Assembly: GCA_002633005.1 (NCBI GenBank)
Contig: NMRA01000096.1
Location: 186,001-250,000, forward strand
Direction of reading: 5' to 3'
Length of the DNA: 64,000 nt
Origin: Phoronis australis
Taxonomy: Eukaryota; Animalia; Phoronida
Made by a program: the position numbers and the translations under genes. The notes beneath the pieces are model-generated. The model saw nothing but the letters and a program-made list of their open reading frames with translations, was not told where the DNA came from and did not search any database. Positions 1-10,784 of this stretch are shown here, piece after piece (positions within the stretch are counted from its first letter, which is position 1; each line of letters starts with the position of its first letter).

Positions 1-1549
1 GCATCAGACCTCCCCCTTGCTATGCCACAGAGTCAGTCACTCGGTATGCTAGTTGCTATGAAGACCAGACCATCGTGCTGAATTGTGTTTACCTGCCTGC
101 CATGAACTGAGTCATTAATAAAATTGTCTTGCATGAATTGTTGTCTCTTGACCTTGAATGTATGCTTTTTCATACCATTAATGTCAGAAATATTCAACAG
201 TTGGGGTGACCAGCGACCGGTGTGGAGATTAAAATTCGTAGCAACTTGCGGAGACATTACAATATGAACGCAAAATTACAATGAGTTTTAATTGACGGAA
301 TTGAAGATTTTTTTGCTCTGAACAGAGGGCCATAACCCCCGTAGGTGCCTCCCTTCCTATGCCAGTCTCTCACAACAAAATGAAGATAAAAACATGAGTA
401 AGACAGATTGGGCTGGTAGTCGCGTCCACAGTCTCCATGTAAACAAACAACGGCGCCATCTATCATCTAGACGAAGAACGCATGCCAGTCACAATTTATG
501 TACATGTTTCTTTGTAATAAGCAATAATCACCAGTGTGGCTTTGAAAGAATGGCAATTAGTAGCGCTGTCTGCTTTTTTACTAAAATACAAGCTTTTTAT
601 GTCGTATTTGCAAGCTAATTACACATTTCAAGAAGCCCCCTATTGGTGGTTGAGGCAACTGAGAACAGGCAAATAGGACGAAGTGCAGTTCGGGTAATGC
701 TTCATAAGCAAAAATTACGGGAGTGGCAAGATTTTTTAATTTTGATTATGAAGAGGTTAGGAATGATTTAACAAATTATTATAAGGTCAGTTTTTGAAAA
801 GGTGCAATATGGCTGCTACAGAGTGCCAAAGTTGGCCGAAAATGTCTTCAGGAAAAACCTGCAAAATAGTCGTTTTTGCCACACAAAGTCAAGGCGTACA
901 AACTTGAAAATGAATTTTGAAAGTTATGCCATTAAATTTTTCAATCATAGTCCTTTAAAACCGTATCACTCATTTGTTATCATGCAAGTAAAATGCATTC
1001 AAACATGTCTACTTCGGCGTCCAATTTTGTTGCAAAATGGACATACATGCCATAAAAAGAGAAATAATGGATGGAAATTCTTAAAAAGTGAAATTTTTCT
1101 ACAGCTCACCAAACCAAACTCATATGCTAAGTCTCAAAAAATCTGTGATTTTGGGTATAGACTCTACCTGACGGTTTTTATATGGAGTCACTCTTAATGA
1201 AAAAGTCTTTGCTAGAGATAAAAACAATTTCTAATGTACAAAAAGTGACAAGCCTGTTATATGCCCTAAATATTTTTTTGAAAACTGTGCTCTTACGTGA
1301 TTTTGTTTATTCTGTTGTCATAGCAGACAGTGTTTACCAGCACTGGCACATATGAAATATGGTAAAGGAGACCCAACCACAATTTTTAAGGGAAAATGTC
1401 TGTGCAAGCCTTGAAAATGTCGAGTTTTTTAAAATGTCTCTCGATGGTCCGGGAACAAACTTAGTAAGATTCATTGATTATTTAATTGCGAAAAACAACC
1501 TTGATGACGCAACTCCAAATTTCATCGGCTGGGTTGCAAACACATTTAC

Positions 1550-1640
1550 CTTAAACCCACAGCAGCTTCCAGTTCCGTAGTCAGAACAAACTCAAACTGA
1601 TCGGTGAAATTAAACGCTTCCTGCATGAACACGCTGTGCT
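1550..1640 (-). CDS. TXNDC16: TXNDC16-like coding exon 6 (91 nt)
   Basis: tttctactgtttacag|AG HSVFMQEAFNFTDQFEFVLTTELEAAVGL AG|gtaaat. Confidence 0.9.
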
Positions 1641-4600
1641 CTGTAAACAGTAGAAATAAAACAGTTTTAATTGTGCTTAGTCATTCAGCTGTAAATTAAC
1701 CAGGTGCCACTATGTCAGTGTATAATACCGTAGTTTAACAAAAGGGTTAGGAGAAAGTGAGCAAGTGAACCATCGTGGAACATTTTTTGTGAAATGACTG
1801 GTTTCTGCTATAAATTAAGCAGGTAACACTTTTCGTATAATGGATGGTTTCTGCTGTAAGTAAACCAGGTTTCACTATGTCAGTGTATAATAACGTAGTT
1901 TGACAAATGGATTATGAGAAAGAGAGCAAATAAACCACATAAATTGAACATCTTTTGTGACATGGCTGGTAGTGCGCAGTGAAGTGTGGAACAGTCATTC
2001 AGATTCAAACAAATTCATACAATTAATAATAGGCGCTGTGTTTCAAAACACAGCACAATTACTACAACTTGGACCCACAAACAGGAAGAGAAATGCACAT
2101 GACATAGAAAAAAGTTTTCGCAGTCTTAGTTTTTTCCCCGTTTAGGTGACCACAAAGGTTTTTCAGCACTAGAAACTTTTACAAAAACAATGTGTTTAGA
2201 TTAACTGATGAACGCCGACCCTGACTGCTCCCATGTTATGCTCCCGAGAAGTTGAAAAGGATTGAGATTTGCCATGTGCATAACACAGTAACAATTTTCA
2301 AGTGTCTAGTAATTTACTGCCCCACATAAATCTCCCCTAATTATTATTATTGTTTGCAATTTTGGTATTTAATTTTACTTGACTGGGTCCAAAATGTCAA
2401 GATGACATCACATTAAATAATCGGATACTTAAACAAAATCACAAGATTAATTTCAATGTTCTGTTTAGACTACTTTCTTTCACAGAGCATAGATTCATTT
2501 AACTGTTCAAATAACAAACTCAAAGCTGGCTATATTTTTATGATTTACTACACAAAACCATTTAACCATAGATTATTTAATAAAATGTAAAAGCCCATTG
2601 GGCCAACAACCTCCAAAACAGGAAGTTGCCTTGTCTACAAGTCTCCCTATGATTCGCGGACCACTATTTTAGTAATTTTCAGACATTCCTCATATATCAT
2701 ACCACTGTTACCATTGACGATATTAACGATGCATGTAAGTTGCATAATACGACTTTGAGGAATCCTCATCATCAACGATATTAGTCACATAAAAGTACTT
2801 TACGAGAACAATCATCTCGTCTGTAATCAATCTCACGCTCGAAATAATTGCTGTAACTAATGCTACGGCAAAGTTGTTCAAACACTTAGTTTGCATATCG
2901 TTAAATCTCACTTGCAGACTTGGAAAGTACATGCTGGTATTACAGTTTCCAAATACACGCATGATAAAATGTGTTGCGACTGTAAAATTTACACCCATTG
3001 CTCTTTTAAGTACAATTCTAAGGTAAAGCTGACTGCCACAAAGCACAACGAAAAAACATACACATCACATGACAAGACAAAAAAACTAAATTGAAAGCTT
3101 GTCACTCAAAAATTGACTCTTAGTTTAGTAAACATAGATTCACAGTTTATCATAACGAGCCAATTTTAATTATTAAAAGAACATTATGCCATATCGATTT
3201 TTGAAACAACTAAAGCATGTCTTACCCCTGGAGCCAAGTGCTGAAAAATATGCAAATATGACGTCACGAGTGCCCCTCGCCCTATTGGTAAATTCTTTTC
3301 TCTCATTGGCATCTGTTGCAATGTGAAAATTCTCATACTTAGCCAGCCTGTGGAGCAATAAAAGGTATCAGCTGATAAAATTTTATATACATTAATTAAG
3401 ACTACTTTAAAAGAACTGAAACCACCAGTACAGCTATGTAAGGCATAAACACTTTTGCAAATCATAACAACAATGGACTAATCCACAGTTTTTGTCTCTT
3501 CCATTTCCAGCACAAAAAACAGCAGAACTGCTCTAGATCTAATAGTTGACTCCACAATATTTTCTCCCATCCATTAGGATCAAAATGCCATAAAATCTTG
3601 GTTAATTTTTATATAACCTTATAAAGGCAATTCCACTGAACAATAGTTTTCAAAAACGTTGACATTTCTTCGCATCAATAATCTGGCAAAATTTGGTAGC
3701 AGAAACATCCAACTTATTTTCAAATGATTAAGCGAGATTTTGGTCTAGCTTCTCATCACCAACTTCAACGAAGCTAGACAAATTTTAATGAAATTTGTCA
3801 ACTTCTTTTCAAAATCACAGTCTATAGTTCTGTGCAAAACTAACTGGACAAACATGCTACAATTTCCAATACTAAAGGAAAAGTTGATGAAAATTATGAG
3901 GTAAAAACAAAGATTAAAGAAAAACACATTGAAATGTCATGCCCCACTCGCACAATCATATTGCCAGCCTTATTCATGTGAATCAGATAAGATACAATGA
4001 CCTCAGTTTCAGAGCAAACAACACAAGTTAAATGAAAGCGTGATGAGGAGAAATACCTGGCGGAATCGAATAAAAATTTAAAGGTGAGGTCAATGACGAA
4101 GCCAAGTACATCAATAACCAAACCATGACCCAGATGCCCGTTAGACCAAAGTATCAGGTAGCCTGTTAGGAGATCTATTTACATGCCAAATGTAAAATGG
4201 TTCAGTCAAAGGATCATGTAGTTAGAGCTTGCAAACATAATTCAAAACATGGCCGTCATAAGTGCCATCTTGCATCCGATTTCGCCCAACAGCTTAAGTC
4301 CTTAGGCTGTTGACTAGATGAACACCGCACGTAAATTTCTTGTTGATCAGATGAAAAACACAATCTCTAGCACAAATATGATAGGCTAACAAAGTGCAGC
4401 TAGAAATAGTCAATAAAGGAACAGTCATTTAAGCAGTAAATCTCAAATAACACGAGAACGGTAAATCATAGCGAGAAACAGGCTTCCCATGCTAATAGTG
4501 CTTGAAAAGATCTATTCACATCCAGATCCGTCAAGGGATGCCGAAGATACAGCACAAAAGCTCAATTAGTGGAGACCAGGTCTCAGAAAAACATCAAATA

Positions 4601-7600
4601 ACTCGAGAATATTAAGTCCAAGAGGAAAACAATTGGCACACTTCCGATAGCCCTTGAAATGATCTGTCCACAGAAAACAATTCATCATGACTTTCTGAGA
4701 TGACTTACGTCAGCACGTTAGAAACTATTCCGTGGATGGATGTCAACATGTCAAGTTCTATTGCTTGAAGCTCATGGCCATACCTGAAGCAGAATGAATT
4801 GATTGTTACGTGAAGTATCACATTGGGTTGAGTGAGGAAAATGGTAACATCTCACTAATACAGGACACAATATGGCCAACAAGGAAAACTTCAATTGTTT
4901 GTTTTTCCTTCAATGCAAGTAACGCCAATAAATGATGAACGGTAAAAAAAATTGAGACGAACATAAGTGCCGAAACTGCCATATTTTCCTTTTTCAGAGG
5001 CTTGCCACAATTGTTTCAAATGCTTAAAATTTTGTCAAATGTTCTTACGTCACACAAACCATGCTAAAAGCAAAGTAAGTTTTCTTGAAAAATTATTTTT
5101 GTTGAGAAATTTGGCAAAATGAAATTGCACCTGTTTGACATATTGTCTCCCAAACTTAAGAAGTTCTATCGTAATATCATTACCATAGCTACCATGAGAC
5201 AATGTTTCAAAACACTGACAACAACAGACTTTTGAAAATGAAGAAATGGCAATTATTTGGAAAAAATGGCAATTAATTTGTATTCAAAATTGGTAAAGCA
5301 GTGTTGGAGATCCCTTGGTTATGAGGAAGTGTCCACATTTCATTAAAATATTCAGTTGGCTATTTCTGACCCTTAAAAGCATACAACAGAGATTTCACAA
5401 ATGGTATGTCATTTCATATCGAATATCGCCCCCGGAGACTCACTCCTATTGACGAGGTGTCCACAGGCATGTACTCAAAATTGCGTGTAGGCGATACTTT
5501 TTCAGGGAGTTTAGCGGGACCTGCATGGAGTCTAATAGGCCTCTAAATTTCCATTTCGTGAGGGTGAGCCAGAAAAATATACCTCGCAAAAGGGGGTGGG
5601 TATTAGCAGACCTGGCACCCGCAGTAAGAGGTCTCAGCAATTGTTGGTACACGCCTACGGGCACCTTGTCAATATGAGTGACTCCACGGGACCACACCAG
5701 AGTTACACACAGGTTTACCTAACCGGTTCAAAGTACCAGGCAGGATAATGTCAGTCTGCTAAACGGGCAAATGTAACCTACCCTTTTAGCGAATTACATG
5801 GCAACTATGGGAAAAGACCACCCACCAAGGAACATAATGTACAAGCTGTGACACAGGGTGTATGAGTTTTTACTTGATTCTTCCCTTTAACTTGGAAGAT
5901 GAACGCCAATGATGCATTAGCAGGTGACAGAATGAGGATTGACTGAAATCATCTTAACACTACACAGGTATCCTTTGAATGCTGGGTACTGACATTTTGG
6001 TGATTCCGGACAGTGGGTTTGATTTAGCGAATTTCCACTCTTAAAACTCAAATTTTTCAAAATAAATGTACACATCATTTCATATCACTAATTCACAAAA
6101 ATGACAGTTCAGAGGTTAAAACAGTGGCACTAAACTTAAATCTTTAATTAAAACATCAGAACGGTATCCTAACTGGCAATTAAAAACTTGTTCAAGGCAG
6201 CCGTTTTCCTGCTGAATTGAAGTATACTAATATAGAAATATCACACCAACACAAATAGTGATGACATCATACCTACCCAAATAGTGATGACATCATACCT
6301 AAACAAATAGTGATGACATCATACCTACACAAATAGTGATGACATCACACCTACACAAATAGTGATGACATATCCTTCCAACTCAGGTAACCAGCCATCC
6401 ACGAAATGTCTCTATTTTCTGAATGTCCAACAATGGAAAAATCCTAATTTGTGCCTTGCTTCAGAGGTTAGTCACGCAAATCTCCTCTTGTGTTCATATT
6501 GGTTTGTAATCACAGGACTGATATTTTTTGCACCAATTGTAACTGCTTCCAATCAGAACATTTTCAAGGAACTTTAACTCTTACACAAACAGATCCAAAT
6601 TACTACAAATTTTGAAAGTACGATTTATAAGTGTGTTAACCGATCCTGTTGTATGTTCTCAGGAACGAAATTAACTCAAATGCTGAGCGTTACCTAAACA
6701 GGAATATTGGAGCTTACAGCTGTGGTGATTGGTGTTGTCCTGTTCCCAACATTATTACTTTCACTATGCATTTGGATGTGATTCTGACCAGTGTGACTAT
6801 ATACACACTGGATTTTGATTTGTTTGATGTGATGCTGTCGTACTACCTCTCCCTGAAGACGGTTCCATTGTAATAAACCAAAATGTTGGATTTGGATATG
6901 TCAATCTTCACGTGTGCGCTTGTGATTAAATTTCAGTTACCTCATTGAGTTATTATTATTCGACATTTCTGTTCCATTTCTCACACACTCAAGTCTCAGA
7001 AAAATTTTTTTTCGTGATGTTCCATTGTGAATGAAACGACGTCACTTCAGTTTTAGGTCAAGAACTGAACAACCAACCATAGAGCTGTGTAGTTGTTAAT
7101 AGAACTCATACGTGTAAAGCCCACATAACACAATGTCAGACACAGCGTACGCTTTAATAATGATGACTGCAGACATCTCACCTGAAGGCATACATCATGT
7201 TACTTGATCCTTTTCTATTGCAGTATGTTCGGTTTACTGTCTCCTCTGAACAATTCACCTAAAAAGTTACATGAGGCACCTGTATTTTTTATATCATATA
7301 GCCCACAGAAACTTTCTAGTGAAACACACATAAACAATTAAAGATTTCTTGTAAGTGAAGTGTCCATTGCTCCAAAGAGGTTCGGCAAAAAATACGACCT
7401 TGTGATGACAGCGCTCTTTCCCATTGAGGTTGGTCCCAGTTAAGGAAGAAAAATCAGGGAGACACCTAGCATTCAGTTAATAAATAAGTGTATTGTAGAT
7501 ATCCACTGGGATTTGAAGTGTTTTTAAATTCATAAATCAAAACAAATTGTTCTAAAAACAAAATGAAAAAACAAAACAGATATTATCAACACAACAGAGC

Positions 7601-10600
7601 AGTAAATTGAATTTTGGGGAAACCTTTTCCCATCACGTTCATTGAGAAATGGACAGCAAATTTTATGCAACTTTCGCCAATGGTCCCTTTTGGTTAGCCA
7701 AATTTTGATAACAATTATAACAAGCATTATTCAGGGATTGCATCTTTCCCAAAATCAGGGACCGTTAAAAATGACTATTGACCAAGTTTTCATGATTGGG
7801 ACAACATAAATGAAAATGGCAACTTGCACTGACTGTAAATATGCCAACACTGAGCACTAAATAATGTTGGAAACAGATGATATACAAAAAGTAAATGAAA
7901 TAATATACTCACAAGATGAAGATCCATGTTGTAGTTTTTCAAAATATTTGAAGCGTTTCTAAATGCACCATTAAACATATTCAGCAATGTTTTCTGTGGC
8001 TTGTCTGCAAGCAAACAAATATGGTTACAATAATGGCCATCCTATGTTCACAAGCACCGCCTGGCAATTTTTGTACCCGCCGATAAATACCCAGAAATGC
8101 TTCTCTTCATTTCCATGCCTACACAGAATAAAAATTTATTAATTGTAATTCTTCAGTTATTCGCACAATAATGGACGAAACTGTAATTTTTAAAGGCTGA
8201 TTAACTTATCTAAATGATTAAGTAAGAATTATTATTATCATTATTATTATTATTTAAGTGGAACTGGCATGCTAATTCCTTATCTCTGCCTGGTCAAATT
8301 AGTTAGAAATGCAACACATACTGTAGCGACGATGTGAATATGAAGTATGTTGAAAACTGACAAATGTTTTTAACAACAACTTTTGTCTTAAAAATGGGAA
8401 ATTTGAAAAAAATCTTTTAAAAAATGTCTTTCTAGGATTCTCCATGCATTCAAACATAGTGCTGTACTGCGACGAAGGAAAAACTACGAGCCATGTATGG
8501 AAATCTTGAGCCATTTTTGAAAACTTTGAAATGTTTTCTGCTTTACACGACAAATGATTGAACTAGTATTACACAGCGGTATTCTTTTGGTCTAAAAATG
8601 ATGGTGAAATGGCCAGTAAGCAAAAACAATGCATAAACTCAGAATTGATTCAGCAAATAAAAAAGGATGCGGGCGATCTGATACATGAATTACATCGAAT
8701 GAGCACAGGCCTCAAAGGTCGGGCCCATTGCAAAAAACACCTGATTTGAAACTCATGAGAACACTGCCATGTATATACGTAGTCATTAAGCTCTTCCTGA
8801 GAAAGGTTGCAGAAGTCCGAAGTCATGTAAGCAACATTCTTGAGCTACTGGTGCTTGGCATTTGAACCAAGTTATTGTCAACAGGTGGTATCCACAAAAA
8901 TCACTGCTTCCGCTTGCGTGGTCATTTCACTCAACCTTCTACCTAAAATTATCAGTGATTCCCCACAACAGATCTGGTCGTATTACTTTCACTGTGAATT
9001 AGCATAAAGACATAATAAGATGTGAAAACATGATGCGCAAATTGCAGTGCCATGTTAGAAGATAAGAGGACCTTGGCTTTACCCAAACTTTTGCTCTTGG
9101 TACGCAGTCCTTGGAAGCAACTTCCATAGGAGAAGCATGCTGAAGGTTCTGGGGCTTCTTTCTCTGCTCCAGCAGCTGTTTCAAGCTCCTTGGCAAGATA
9201 ATGTTCGAGAGGTGAGTTTTCAGTTGAAATTCTACATAATGCAGCTAGAAGTAACGACTGCACAAGGAATGGAGAAGCCAACATTGTCAACCAGCAATTC
9301 CTCATGCGTCCAACAAGCAGCTCTGTCAAAGTCGATATGATTTCTACGTAAGACACCCAGTATTTACTTGAAAAAACCATTATTTATTTTTGCGACAGAC
9401 TGATCAATAAAACGACGGTGATAATGTCAGGGGATCATGTGAAAGTATGGTGATGTTGCATGGAGGAACCCTACTCAATTTCAGAAGTAACTAGAACTTT
9501 GTAATATCCACCCAGATATAGGGTTTTTCAATAACTAGTCCTCATAGGTAATATAATCACTTTAACCTTGAGGGTTAGGGAGATCAAGGTTTCCGATTCT
9601 TTTTTGCTCATATAAGAAATTTATGAAAAGCACCACATAAAATCTTATTTTGCTATGTAAATCTGGCTACCTCCATTTAAAATGCACGGGAATTACAACA
9701 GTATATGCTGTAGCCATATTCTCCCGAAGACGTACTATTGGAGGTGATATGTTGCCTACAATCCTCACTGCCAAATATGACTTGCTCCTGTGTGTAAATG
9801 TAGTTGACAAGACTGAAGTGGGATATGATTGGATGGACAAGAACACAACCACATAGTCCAGTGTCTTTATTCTACACTAAATATTAAACATGACTAGGAA
9901 TTGAGACAAGAAGGTGGCAGGTTCATTTAGATGAAAGTTGATGAAAAGAAAAAAGCCATGGTGGTATTTGGACAAGAATGGCTGGGACAAACAGTTAGTT
10001 GGTCCACCAACTCTACTTAGGATACTCGTGCAACATCCACAGGCCATATACTGCCTGTTGGATAGGTCCCATATTTTGGGAAGCTGTTTTATTACCGACT
10101 CACCCCAGTGATAATCATGAACTAAAATAATATACTCGGTCCCATATTTTCTCAAAAATCAATTTCCCTGTGTCGTGTCCACAACTACAGGGGCACCAGT
10201 CATATATATAATGGACCCTGATTTAGAGAACCAGTTTCATCCACTAAATAACAGGACCGTTATTTAGTGATTGCCGGTTTTCTAAATCAGGGTCCACTAT
10301 ATCCAACTTGTGCCCCTATGGGTGATAGGTAATACCTACTTAATCATGTTAACATTTAAGTACTTGCAGACAGTGGTCAAATATTTTGAGAACCAACTTC
10401 CTTGACCTTGTCCCACCGTAGTCATTGTACATGGCCTGACTGATCGACGTAATAGTATACTTAGTTTAGTATTTTGAGAAAAAAAATTATGTCTGTGGGT
10501 TAACATGAAGTAAATACATGTCGTCATCACTGGTGTGGAATTTGAGCAAGGGTTGTATTACAATTCCAACCATCAGGGGCCATCGTCTGCGGTCAGACTG

Positions 10601-10784
10601 CAAAAACAGATGTACCTTTCCCGTTTGCAAAATACACCACAAACAATGACGGTTTCTTTTTTAGTTCCTCTGCTTCAGTCGCTGTAACTGTCTTCACATG
10701 ATCTTCCACTGGTTGCATATCTTTGGCACAAATAACGCACAATATGTTTAGGAAAAGCAGGATACGCAAAGGTGCAGCCCCCAT
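1550..10784 (-). CDS. TXNDC16: Thioredoxin domain-containing protein 16 (ERp90)-like gene, 5' part: 6 coding exons (626 nt, ~208 aa), continues beyond the left edge
   Basis: Exons 10784-10616, 8004-7913, 7258-7182, 4783-4709, 3347-3226, 1640-1550 all have GT-AG junctions with compatible phases and no stops. Joined protein: signal peptide MGAAPLRILLFLNILCVICA, then VNCSEETVNRTYC..YAFR, YGHELQAIELDMLTSIHGIVSNVL, RARGTRDVIFAYFSALGSR, EHSVFMQEAFNFTDQFEFVLTTE. This is collinear with the TXNDC16 N-terminus as I recall it ([79 protein letters not shown]). Confidence 0.88.
1689..1937 (+). repeat. Diverged local direct duplication (~85 bp, ~164-bp offset)
   Basis: accaggt..cactatgtcagtgtataata.cgtagttt.acaaa at ~1700 and ~1864, with a partial copy near 1800. 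Confidence 0.75.
3226..3347 (-). CDS. TXNDC16: TXNDC16-like coding exon 5 (122 nt)
   Basis: ttattgctccacag|G LAKYENFHIATDANERKEFTNRARGTRDVIFAYFSALGSR G|gtaaga. Confidence 0.88.
4709..4783 (-). CDS. TXNDC16: TXNDC16-like coding exon 4 (75 nt)
   Basis: ttctgcttcag|G YGHELQAIELDMLTSIHGIVSNVL AC|gtaagt. Confidence 0.88.
4860..5375 (-). repeat. Old dispersed repeat family B (core AAATTTCACTTGTCGGCCATGTTG); boundaries approximate
   Basis: Core motif recurs at ~4864(-), ~20768, ~24975, ~45329, ~50383 and ~62907; shared flanking words such as tagctatggtaa. Confidence 0.55.
5431..5690. mobile_element. MITE with ~44-bp imperfect TIRs (CCCG..TCACTC termini)
   Basis: cccggagactcactcctattgacgaggtgtccacaggcatgtac versus reverse complement of right end cccgtggagtcactcatattgacaaggtgcccgtaggcgtgtac; no clear TSD. 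Confidence 0.8.
6250..6371 (+). repeat. Minisatellite, 26-bp unit x ~4.6
   Basis: caaatagtgatgacatcatacctac(a/c) starting at 6252, 6278, 6304, 6330, 6356. Confidence 0.92.
7182..7258 (-). CDS. TXNDC16: TXNDC16-like coding exon 3 (77 nt)
   Basis: actttttag|VNCSEETVNRTYCNRKGSSNMMYAF AG|gtgaga. Confidence 0.88.
7913..8004 (-). CDS. TXNDC16: TXNDC16-like coding exon 2 (92 nt)
   Basis: tttgtttgcttgcag|AC AAG CCA...; (D)KPQKTLLNMFNGAFRNASNILKNYNMDLHL|gtgagt. Confidence 0.85.
8656..9350 (-). mobile_element. Decayed, 5'-truncated non-LTR retrotransposon fragment (RLE-type C-terminus, Hero/R2-group-like) with 3' UTR
   Basis: Frameshifted remnants EELLVDNVGFSIPCAVVTSS, LKQLLEQRKK..HASPMEVASKDCVPR and RRLSEMTTQAE..FLWI occur in the order expected for RLE C-termini. 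Terminal ~85 nt are homologous to the tail of the SINE at 59283-59360. Confidence 0.55.
10189..10317. mobile_element. ~130-bp foldback (palindromic) MITE
   Basis: aggggcac..tggaccctgatttagagaacc..cactaaataac-aggacc-gttatttagtg..ggttttctaaatcagggtcca..gtgcccct: arms complementary along most of their length. Confidence 0.8.
10616..10784 (-). CDS. TXNDC16: TXNDC16-like coding exon 1 (169 nt; signal peptide)
   Basis: ATG at 10784, hydrophobic signal peptide, ends ...YFANGK G|gtacat (phase 1). Confidence 0.85.

Noticed and set aside
33-466. ORFs 257..466 and 33..257 (-) overlap at TAATG, with an acceptor at 317 and donor at 93; considered as a frameshifted TXNDC16 exon 7 or a termination-reinitiation pair
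   Set aside because: In-frame stop, no phase-compatible open exon and only vague similarity; exon 7 probably lies beyond the left edge.
802-1580. ORFs 802..1197 and 1359..1580 (+)
   Set aside because: AT-rich repeat-like intronic sequence; the second only overlaps TXNDC16 exon 6 antisense.
2100-4670. Several stop-containing pseudo-exons (near 4663, 4056, 3843, 2820, 2305) faintly resembling TXNDC16, suggesting a pseudogene
   Set aside because: Intact and much better matching exons 5 (3347-3226) and 6 (1640-1550) were found, so these resemblances are treated as chance.
6250-6371. 26-bp repeats as a CRISPR array
   Set aside because: Units are directly adjacent with no spacers; eukaryotic intron; no cas genes.
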